Below are positions 47,644-56,021 of a stretch of DNA of 64,000 nucleotides, one piece after another. Numbering within the stretch: the stretch's first letter is position 1; the number at the start of each line of letters is the position of its first letter. The translations under genes were made by a program, and so were the position numbers. Under the pieces are notes generated by a model. That model had not been told where the DNA came from. It ran no database searches and worked only from the letters and a program-made list of their open reading frames with translations. This DNA is from Candidatus Poribacteria bacterium (lineage in GTDB: Bacteria > Poribacteria > WGA-4E > WGA-3G), in the NCBI GenBank assembly GCA_965205015.1, contig OZ242029.1:1792001-1856000 (forward strand), in the 5' to 3' direction.

Positions 47644-48648
47644 CTAAGCAACAAGGACCTGGATCGGATATTCAAGGAGATAGGACAGAGAATACTCGTC
47701 GGATGGTGGCTGGTACTCACCATCGTATTCGGGAGCTGTCCAGAAAGCACGCCAATTTGTGGCTCGATCCTGACCAATGTAAAGCGTTTTTCCAATGACT
47801 GCCCATGCTGTGCCATCGGGTGTAAACGCAATACAGCCCGTGCTAATCCGATCAGTGGGTTCCGTGAGCTGATCGTTGAGGTGCGTCCATGTCGCACCGC
47901 CGTTCTCCGAACGACAGAGCCACGCTCCACCGCCTCTCGGTCCGCTTTGGACTGTGGCGATCAATAGGTCTGGGTCTACTGGATGTACAGCGATAGCAGT
48001 GCCGTAGCGACGCGGTAAACCTTGAGGTCGATGGTCCCATGAGTTGCCACGATCTGGACTGACATAGACACCGTTTTGCGTGTTCGCATAAACCCGATTA
48101 TCGTCCGCAGGACACGTAGCGACTTGGTGGACATCTTTATGAAGTTCTGGTGTGACGGGTTCCCAAGAGATTCCTTCATCGTTGGAACGCATGATACTTC
48201 CGACGTGGATATCTGCGTAACAAAAGCCGTCTTGGGTTTTGGCAAAAGTTCGCACGGCTGGGGGACCGCCCCACGGCGTATACCAATCTTTCCGACATTC
48301 TAATGCATCAAACGCGATGACCCGTTCTGCCGGTCCTTCTTCTCCAATAAGACGATAGACATAAGCCCCTTCATCCGTTCCAATGAGCAGGGTCAACGGA
48401 TCCTCACGAACAACGAGCAACGCAGCGATTGGATCCTCTATACCTGTTGGAATTCGTTTCTCATCGTTCTCCGATAAAACCAGTAGCGTTCCATCCGACA
48501 AGGCAGACACCACGGTGTTGCTGCTTGACAGTGAAACCATCGCACCATGAGGTGCCATTCCGCCGAGCGTGCCTTCATAGACTACGGTGGGTTCACCATT
48601 TCCGTTATCTTCAACGGCATAGATAGCGTTGTAGGTTGCGATAAACAT
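47644..48648 (-). CDS. BNR/Asp-box (WD40/YVTN-like) beta-propeller protein
   Basis: SNDEGISW, SPDRGNSW, SENGGATW Asp-boxes; WYTPWGGPP; GGAG RBS. Confidence 0.8.
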   Translation of the reverse strand: MFIATYNAIYAVEDNGNGEPTVVYEGTLGGMAPHGAMVSLSSSNTVVSALSDGTLLVLSENDEKRIPTGIEDPIAALLVVREDPLTLLIGTDEGAYVYRLIGEEGPAERVIAFDALECRKDWYTPWGGPPAVRTFAKTQDGFCYADIHVGSIMRSNDEGISWEPVTPELHKDVHQVATCPADDNRVYANTQNGVYVSPDRGNSWDHRPQGLPRRYGTAIAVHPVDPDLLIATVQSGPRGGGAWLCRSENGGATWTHLNDQLTEPTDRISTGCIAFTPDGTAWAVIGKTLYIGQDRATNWRAFWTAPEYDGEYQPPSDEYSLSYLLEYPIQVLVA

Positions 48649-48720
48649 TATGTTATCTCCTTTGGGATGTTCTCCGACATTATTTGTAGTAGATATAAAA
48701 TGTGTCCAAAACTTCTTGAA

Positions 48721-49287
48721 TTAAGGGGCATCTTGTGAGAATAGCGAAAAAACGATGGTATCCGAAACACCTTCTTTGGTTGAGGAACTATTTTTTACTC
48801 TTTTCTTCTCAGAAGGGTTGAGCTTTTCAGCGACTCGTGCACTTGCAATATTATCAATTGAAGTCACCACATCAATACGTTTGAGTCGAAGGTGCTCGAA
48901 TCCAAAGCGGACGAGAAGTTTAGAGGCAGCCGTTGCTACACCTTTCCGTGTTCGAGAGGTTCTCACCCAATATCCGAGGTTTGCTATTTGGTTCCCCCAA
49001 TTGACTTGGTCCAAACCACATCCGCCCAAAATGCTACCGGTTGCTATCTCGGTAATGACAAAGTGATATTCGCTCTGTTGTTCCCAGAATCTCGGAATCA
49101 TCTTTTCAATCCATGTCCGAGCTTCTTCAATTGAGTACTCTGGATGAAGCCATGGTAGATGACGCGATACCTCTGCAATTGACTCTCGCGCAGCCTCAAA
49201 ATAAGGGTGAACGTCACTCGGTTGATAAGTGCGAATCGCGATTGTTCCATCGCTAAGTTCTGTCGGAGTCTGCATAGGGGTTGTCAT
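48721..49287 (-). CDS. GNAT N-acetyltransferase, RimJ/RimL family
   Basis: ANLGYWV...RKGVAT, DNIASARVAEKL. Confidence 0.88.
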   Translation of the reverse strand: MTTPMQTPTELSDGTIAIRTYQPSDVHPYFEAARESIAEVSRHLPWLHPEYSIEEARTWIEKMIPRFWEQQSEYHFVITEIATGSILGGCGLDQVNWGNQIANLGYWVRTSRTRKGVATAASKLLVRFGFEHLRLKRIDVVTSIDNIASARVAEKLNPSEKKRVKNSSSTKEGVSDTIVFSLFSQDAP

Positions 49288-49375
49288 CAGTATAACCTTT
49301 TCGTTGGCAAAAGTAGGTTAGATGAAAGTTTGATTTTCAAATCAGATATGATCTAACAAACAAGGGATTCCCTTT

Positions 49376-50020
49376 TTAGGCGTGTAGCATTTTTATAAAT
49401 GTATCCTGACACGAAAAATCTTCAACCCAGAATTCACATTTCCCCTTTAACCGTGCCCCTACGCCTATGAAATGCCATCCCAGTTCTTGGGTCGCCTGCA
49501 TATCCCATTCGGCATCACCGACATATACGATGCGGTGAAAGCAACGCTTTTTTAATGCGAGCAAACATTTTTTCATAATCGCTACGCGTTCGTCACCATC
49601 ATCACTGGACGTCAAAACCGTATTTCTCAAGTTAAATCCTGCATGCTGAAGTTTCATTTTGGCGGTGTGTTCCCACCCGCCTGTCGCGAATCCAACTTCA
49701 TAGCCATCCGAGGTGAGAAGTTTGTCAATCAGGTGAATAGCACCTTCCTTCGGACGGCATTTGCCACCGTTTTGCAGATACTGCCGAATCAATTCACCGA
49801 ATTTCGTGCGAACTTCCTTAATTTGCTCCTTTTCCTTAATATTGTTCTCTTCCATAATTTGTCGCAAGCTACCGGTGTCGGTTACGTTTTTGTATTTGCT
49901 CCAATCATTATGGATGTAAACTTTACCCAAAACTTCTCTGACTGCGGTGACATAACAGGCATCATCGAAACCGAAACTTTCGACCAAGGTACCGTCGATA
50001 TCAAATATCGTAGCAATCAT
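49376..50020 (-). CDS. HAD-family hydrolase
   Basis: IFDIDGTL, ATGG, YVGDAEWD. Confidence 0.88.
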   Translation of the reverse strand: MIATIFDIDGTLVESFGFDDACYVTAVREVLGKVYIHNDWSKYKNVTDTGSLRQIMEENNIKEKEQIKEVRTKFGELIRQYLQNGGKCRPKEGAIHLIDKLLTSDGYEVGFATGGWEHTAKMKLQHAGFNLRNTVLTSSDDGDERVAIMKKCLLALKKRCFHRIVYVGDAEWDMQATQELGWHFIGVGARLKGKCEFWVEDFSCQDTFIKMLHA

Positions 50021-50033
50021 TTGTTGTTCTCGG

Positions 50034-50339
50034 TCATTTCTGTTCTGCATTTTCGCCTATCGGTAATTCTGGTGACAATCGCGGTGGGAAGGTAAGCGTG
50101 TCAGTTGCAGATAATTGTTGATGGGTTTCTAAAACGTCTTGCAACTGATTATAGAATTGCTCACATTCTTCTTTGGTGCCGAGCATCTCTATGCTGGGCG
50201 AATTTGACAAATTAATATGTAATTCGTAGGAACGATGCCTCCCTTTGATTATCTGAATCTGGTGTACGTACTCAATATTCACCATCCCTCGGTAGGAAGA
50301 GTTATACTTCCCATCCTGATTGATGATCTCAATAAACAT
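50034..50339 (-). CDS. Hypothetical protein
   Basis: AAGGAG RBS; 101-aa ORF in a co-oriented run. Confidence 0.5.
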   Translation of the reverse strand: MFIEIINQDGKYNSSYRGMVNIEYVHQIQIIKGRHRSYELHINLSNSPSIEMLGTKEECEQFYNQLQDVLETHQQLSATDTLTFPPRLSPELPIGENAEQK

Positions 50340-50386
50340 CGTAAATCTCCTTTAGATTTTTTGTGGGGTAAATGGATGATTGTAAA

Positions 50387-51289
50387 TTATTCGTTTGCCT
50401 CAACATCCGTAAGGAGTTCTCGTCCATTCAACGGCTGGACCGGCCGATTATTGTCATGAATAATCGCTTTAAATGCCGCGATTTGCGCTTCAGACATCTC
50501 AATCGGGGTTGTCAGCACGATCCATTTGACGTCTTCCGAACAAGGTGGTGTCGTCAGTGAGCCGTCGTAATGATAGTACCCTGATAAGGGCTGCACACCC
50601 TCGTCGGTCACTTGTCCATCTGGTAACAACATAAGGAAAGGGTTGATGCCGAAATTCTCATCAACCTCAACCCGTTGCGTTTCGCCTCGGATTGCAGGCA
50701 AATGTGCCCAGACAGAGTCAAACGCGAAATTGTGATCACCGCTCTCAATTAACAATCCAACGACTGCCAAGTTGCCCGCTTCACTTTTGTGGACAAAGTG
50801 CATCTCCATATCAAAAGATTTACCTGCCACCGTATGTTCACTCGGGGCATGGAAATGGAATTGGAGTAACTGATACCGCATACCATCGACTTCAATCCAG
50901 TTCCCTTCCGGGGACGCAACTTCGATCGTATGGCCAGTGTTGCGGATGTTTAGGCGTGTTGTCGAATAATACTCGCAGATAATAGGAGGTAGTTTTGCTG
51001 GTGTTGGATTCACAAGATTGATGGGTGATTGATGTTTCCCTGTAGCACAAAGGATATATTCTGGACTGAGCTCCGCCCAAACGTCTGGTCCATTCTCTGA
51101 TTCGTAACCCCATTCCGTTTTCTCGGTGTGGGAGGGGACACTCTGGGTCTTTCCACAACTTGTTATACACATAAAAATACACATAATGCGAATCAATGAC
51201 TTTGTAATAGGATGCAAACCACATCCTAAAATTAGTTTTGCAGACGCCACATAAATTATTGTAAATTCTCTAAGAATTTCTTTTTCCAT
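50387..51289 (-). CDS. Alpha-class carbonic anhydrase (probably exported)
   Basis: WGY, QSPIN, NTGHT, QFHFHAPSEH, EMHFVH, GSLTTPPCSE, NNRPVQPLNGR. Confidence 0.93.
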   Translation of the reverse strand: MEKEILREFTIIYVASAKLILGCGLHPITKSLIRIMCIFMCITSCGKTQSVPSHTEKTEWGYESENGPDVWAELSPEYILCATGKHQSPINLVNPTPAKLPPIICEYYSTTRLNIRNTGHTIEVASPEGNWIEVDGMRYQLLQFHFHAPSEHTVAGKSFDMEMHFVHKSEAGNLAVVGLLIESGDHNFAFDSVWAHLPAIRGETQRVEVDENFGINPFLMLLPDGQVTDEGVQPLSGYYHYDGSLTTPPCSEDVKWIVLTTPIEMSEAQIAAFKAIIHDNNRPVQPLNGRELLTDVEANE

Positions 51290-51362
51290 GAAAGATTTCC
51301 TAACGGAAACCGTGAATCGCCTATAACATCACATTGACGCTTTTCTGCCCGCGCTGTTCTCT

Positions 51363-52196
51363 TTATCCGTAAGCCATTTCTGGGTGTTTCCCGAGAACCC
51401 GCAACAGACGTTCATCTGCCCCTTCCAGGACATAATCGGGCATACGGTAATTCAGGTAGGGCCAGAACCGCTGGGCAACGAAGCGTTGTCCATAGACTTG
51501 GTGGAATAGATATCGGGTCCGATCCGTCTGGTTTGGTGCCCCTCGGTGCCACGTCTGTCCATTGAGTAGGTAGAGGTCGCCTGCTTTCATGAGGAGCGAA
51601 ACGGGTGTTTTGCCATCAAAGGTTGGGTGTTCTGGATCATCGGGTTGCCGGCCAGAGTAATGGCTACCCGGGACGAATTGGGAGGGACCGTATTTGACAT
51701 CATCTTGGTCGGTCAGCGCGATTTGCACGGACATACGAAGCACGGGCATCCGTAATCTCGGATCGTGCCGTTCCATCTCCGGCGTAATCGGAAATTCCAC
51801 ACCATCGTCGATATGGAACCGGTTGATCCCTAAATCTGTTCGGTTGAGGATACACCCTTGAGCGATACAGTGGCAGTGCTCCCCTAATACACTTTCAGCG
51901 ATGCTGATGATCGGCTCCCGCACCAACAGATCCCGGAACATGAGGTCGCACTCAAAGAGGCGATGCACCACGATGGGGTCTTTACCATCTTGTCGAGAAC
52001 CTTTGACATTCCGCTTATGCATGAAGTAAGGTTCGGCAAAGATTTCGTCAACGCGCGCAACAATCCGTTCACACGCTTCGCGTGAAAGCACGTTTCGGAT
52101 AATCGTTACACCGTTTTGATAAAAATCCTCCAAGATAGTGTTCAAAGTCTCTGGGGATAAAGGTTCAGCCGGGAGTGTTTGTTCTTTGATTTCCAT
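51363..52196 (-). CDS. Phytanoyl-CoA dioxygenase (PhyH) family protein
   Basis: FYQNGV, FHIDD, FVPGSH, KAGD, TWHRGAPN. Confidence 0.85.
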   Translation of the reverse strand: MEIKEQTLPAEPLSPETLNTILEDFYQNGVTIIRNVLSREACERIVARVDEIFAEPYFMHKRNVKGSRQDGKDPIVVHRLFECDLMFRDLLVREPIISIAESVLGEHCHCIAQGCILNRTDLGINRFHIDDGVEFPITPEMERHDPRLRMPVLRMSVQIALTDQDDVKYGPSQFVPGSHYSGRQPDDPEHPTFDGKTPVSLLMKAGDLYLLNGQTWHRGAPNQTDRTRYLFHQVYGQRFVAQRFWPYLNYRMPDYVLEGADERLLRVLGKHPEMAYG

Positions 52197-52242
52197 GGTT
52201 CTGAATCCTAATGTGTAGATTGGGATGGATGGTGTCGGCGTC

Positions 52243-53508
52243 CTATTGATATTCCTTGACAACCAACGGAAGTTTCTCGCGCGCCTTACCTAACTCAGCA
52301 CTAACACCGTTTGGGTTCAACACCGTGAGCGTTCCTGTAATGTCATGAAGTGGGAAACTGCTCTCCGGTTGGGTAAATTCGATGACGGGACGGTCGCGAT
52401 TGTCCTCAACAAAGCAGTTGATGAAATCAATACCGCCCATCGTCTGGACCAACTCCGGTTTTGGCAGAGACAACGAAATCGGCGACCACTCACCCCCGAA
52501 CTGACGATCGGAGGCAGCGTGGATGACCTTACAATCGGTGAACTTCACCCGCGCCCCCTTTAAGGACTTTTCCTGAACCTTAATGCCGTAACCGACGGTG
52601 TTCTCAACTGTGCAGTTATCAAATTCAATGCTGCCATCGGGACCGTTGTCTCCGATTTTTGACACGCGGATACCCGTTCCGTGTTTACTGCTGATGTAGC
52701 AGTTCTCGAAGCGCAGCGTCACATCATCAGATTCGCCGCTGGTGTGTGCCAAGAATACCTCAATGCCGTCACCGACGTTATCAATGAACTGGCATCCGGA
52801 GAAGACCGTATTTTTTATTCGCTGCTCGCTTTTGTCCGGTTCAATATCCACCCCGGATGCTGGGGGCGTTCCCCAGGTGTTTGAAAACGTACAGTTCTCG
52901 ACTTTAAGGTTTTCAGCACTAATAACGCTGATGCCCTGTCGATAATGGTTGTCGCAGGCAATGTCACGTAAGACCACATTTTCAGAGGCACGTCGTTCTG
53001 TGCCGCCATCAATATAGATACCATCTCCACCGCTATCTTTGAGCGTCAAGCCGGACACATTTACGTTTTGACACCCTCGAATTGCCAACGTCATGCGCCA
53101 CTCCGCCTTTGGATATTGTCCATACCAACGATGCCAGCCAAACTGTTCAAGCACAAGCCCATTGATATAATCCTGTTTCCACATGCGAAAGGTCGCACCG
53201 TAGCCACGGATGGTAAGATTCTCAACATCTTGTGCGGTGAACATCGAATCGCCTCTACCGCGGTATTCACCCCGTTTTGCTGTGATGACTGTCCCGCGTT
53301 CAAAAATCAACGCTTGGTTTCCCGCAAGTTTAATCGGCTGGATTATCCAATCAGCGTTCATATTCGGAACAACCACCCGTTTTGCGCCAGAATCGATAGC
53401 CGCTTGTAGTGCTTCTGTCGCGTCTTCCGGGTCAAATCCCCACCACGCCGCGTTGGCAACTGGATTTTTTCCGGCACGAACATCCGCAATCGCTTCAAGA
53501 TTTTTCAT
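52243..53508 (-). CDS. Right-handed parallel beta-helix (pectate-lyase-like) protein
   Basis: DATEALQAAIDSGA, DSGGDGIYI, NHYRQGISVIS, GVDIEP. Confidence 0.8.
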   Translation of the reverse strand: MKNLEAIADVRAGKNPVANAAWWGFDPEDATEALQAAIDSGAKRVVVPNMNADWIIQPIKLAGNQALIFERGTVITAKRGEYRGRGDSMFTAQDVENLTIRGYGATFRMWKQDYINGLVLEQFGWHRWYGQYPKAEWRMTLAIRGCQNVNVSGLTLKDSGGDGIYIDGGTERRASENVVLRDIACDNHYRQGISVISAENLKVENCTFSNTWGTPPASGVDIEPDKSEQRIKNTVFSGCQFIDNVGDGIEVFLAHTSGESDDVTLRFENCYISSKHGTGIRVSKIGDNGPDGSIEFDNCTVENTVGYGIKVQEKSLKGARVKFTDCKVIHAASDRQFGGEWSPISLSLPKPELVQTMGGIDFINCFVEDNRDRPVIEFTQPESSFPLHDITGTLTVLNPNGVSAELGKAREKLPLVVKEYQ

Positions 53509-53606
53509 GCTTTCTGCTCCATAGGGGCTACACCAAAACAAAGGAAGCTGCCTGCCTGTCACAAACTGGACGTGCTGGCAGCTCTGTCAATTTCTTAAGG
53601 TCGTGT

Positions 53607-54890
53607 TTACAACGCAAAGGTCTTCTCATCATCAAGTGCCATCAGTGCGAACCATGTATTGATGTCCGTACGCTCTGGAGCAATTCGGCTGATCATTTTC
53701 GCCATGAGTGCCGTGTAGCGTTCATCCGTGGGACCCATCTGGATCATCCGTTCGTTATAGGCTTCAATATCTGCTTCGCTTTTCGGATGATTCGCCTGCA
53801 GCCACGCCTCAACCTCTGCATCGGTTGCCGACGTTTTCAATGCTTCAGCAAATTCTGCTGCGGATATACCCAAGAAATCGAGCGTTGCCCGATCGATCCC
53901 CGAATCTTCACCGTAAAAATAGGCACCCAACGTATCGCTGTTAGATGCTCGACCTTTGTCAATCAACCGTGCGAGTTGAACCATTCCGCAGACTTCGGTG
54001 TTATAGGGACTTCGTGGCGCGCGGCGGTTGAGGTCGACAATACCAAAACTCAACTGATCGTCCACGTCCTGGAGCATAACCCATGTGGTAATGTCTGTGC
54101 GGGTCGGATCTACTTCTTGACAACGCGCTTCAAACCGTTCCCGGGTCGTTTCAGTGGGTCCATAGTTTACCAACGTCTGATTGAATTCATCAATCTCATC
54201 CTGTGATTTACCGCAGTTTTCCAGTACCCAGGCACCGAGTTCGAGATTATTCGGGTTGTTGACGGCTGCTTCCTGAAAATCTGCCGCTGAAATGCCGAGG
54301 AAAGTTAGAATCCGTACATCCTGCCCGGAATTGTCGCCGTATAGGTACTCACCGATTTTGTCTGCGCGTTCCGCTCGTGCTTTGTCTGTCATGCGTGCGA
54401 CACCACAGATGCCACCGACATCTTTGGCGCGGGCACTCCGAGGTGGACCAGCAGTCAAGTCAACCTGCCAGAAACTTCCCCAATCGTCGAGTTCCATCGA
54501 CTGTAATACCGTTGTGATATCGGTTCTGCCTGGCGCAAAGCGAGCGAGTCGCTCCTTCAACCGTTGTTTATGTCCCTCTGTGTCGGGCAGTTGGCTGAGG
54601 GCGTCGTCGTTAAACGCCGCTATCTCTGCTGCTGTCTTTCCACTTGTTTCAAGCACCCAGTGTCCCAGAGCGTCGTCGTCGTGTTCGTCAACGGCTTCGG
54701 CGTAAGCATCGGCGGAAATCCCTAAAAACGTTAAAACGCGCTGATCCAAGCCGGAACTCTCACCGTAGATGTAATCACCGAGCGTTTCCGCGTTATGTGC
54801 GCGTGCCTTGTCTGTCATGCGTGCCACACCTACAATCCCAGCGATGCCGAGATTTGAAGGGCGACGTGGCGGTTGGCGTGTCAAATCCAT
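53607..54890 (-). CDS. Protein with three tandem DUF5069-like domains
   Basis: Three copies of DL...PR...ARxxDKxRA...GxYxYG..SGxD...FLGIS. Confidence 0.75.
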   Translation of the reverse strand: MDLTRQPPRRPSNLGIAGIVGVARMTDKARAHNAETLGDYIYGESSGLDQRVLTFLGISADAYAEAVDEHDDDALGHWVLETSGKTAAEIAAFNDDALSQLPDTEGHKQRLKERLARFAPGRTDITTVLQSMELDDWGSFWQVDLTAGPPRSARAKDVGGICGVARMTDKARAERADKIGEYLYGDNSGQDVRILTFLGISAADFQEAAVNNPNNLELGAWVLENCGKSQDEIDEFNQTLVNYGPTETTRERFEARCQEVDPTRTDITTWVMLQDVDDQLSFGIVDLNRRAPRSPYNTEVCGMVQLARLIDKGRASNSDTLGAYFYGEDSGIDRATLDFLGISAAEFAEALKTSATDAEVEAWLQANHPKSEADIEAYNERMIQMGPTDERYTALMAKMISRIAPERTDINTWFALMALDDEKTFAL

Positions 54891-55074
54891 AATTTCTATG
54901 TCCTTCCAATTCGAGAGATGAGATGTTATGTCTTTTGCCAATATTTTATCATGCCAAATATTTTATCATAGTGCCAAAGCGTGTCAAGAGAAAAAGTACA
55001 CCGATCCCCTAATTTGCCTTGCCAATTTTCACAGAAAATGGTATTTTTATCGCAAAAGTCCATGGAGGTATACA

Positions 55075-55707
55075 ATGGGATTCCCTGTTTACGATTATCG
55101 CACGGATATACGGAATGTGTTGGTAACACCGCAAATTCGCTCTCGATTTTTAAGGATGGAGCCTGGGCAAAGTGCCCAACTTCATAGTCATGACTTGGGA
55201 CATGAAATTTTCCTAATTCTGGAAGGACGCGTCGAATTTGAGATTGATGGCGAAACTGAAGAGGTGGGACCGGGACAGATGTGTGTCGCTTTGGCAGACC
55301 AGCCGCACGTAGTGCGAGTTCTCGGTGATGAACCGATGACAATGTATCTGTCTGTTACACCGCATATCCACCCGACGCATACGCCACGTACGGAAGAAGG
55401 CGAACGGCTCCCGCACAATTTCGTCTCACCGCGTGCTTACGATGTTGAGCCGGATATGCAGGTGTCAGTCGCGGAACTCGTCGCGCGCCAGATACATGCC
55501 GCACAATTGTTGGAAGAACTTACCCGCACCTGCGCAGCTGTTCAGCAGGAGATGGGGACGCAACTTAAGACTGCACTCGCTGAGGAGGATGCCGACACTG
55601 CCACCGCAGCGCGTAAAGCCATGTGGGAAGCCATCTATCCCGTCTACAAGGCTGTCGCTGAATTGGGTGATGTTTGGAACGCGCTTGCGCCCCGCGTGAG
55701 CCAATAG
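55075..55707 (+). CDS. Cupin domain protein
   Basis: GGAGG RBS; LHSHDLGHEIFLILEG...PGQ...PH. Confidence 0.85.
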   Translation: MGFPVYDYRTDIRNVLVTPQIRSRFLRMEPGQSAQLHSHDLGHEIFLILEGRVEFEIDGETEEVGPGQMCVALADQPHVVRVLGDEPMTMYLSVTPHIHPTHTPRTEEGERLPHNFVSPRAYDVEPDMQVSVAELVARQIHAAQLLEELTRTCAAVQQEMGTQLKTALAEEDADTATAARKAMWEAIYPVYKAVAELGDVWNALAPRVSQ

Positions 55708-56021
55708 ACTATTTTTAATTTGTTTTATTTTTCTGTTTATGCTATACTTAAAACAACAAAGAGTGTGTTCGCCTAATTTACGGAAATTATTTAAATTTGA
55801 ACCGAATTTAATTTGACAACGTTTTAAAATTAGGATAAACTTATCTTTTAACCTTTAAAGTCCCGTTTGAGAGACTCGTCTTGTGCTCTGATTCCAATGC
55901 GCTGATGCGGAAGAATCTCCCATATCTATTACGGTTGAAATCTTTTGTCAAACGAGAGGCTACAATCTTTACCGAAAGGTAAGGGACATCAGAATATAAA
56001 TGAATTATGAAGGAGTGTCTT

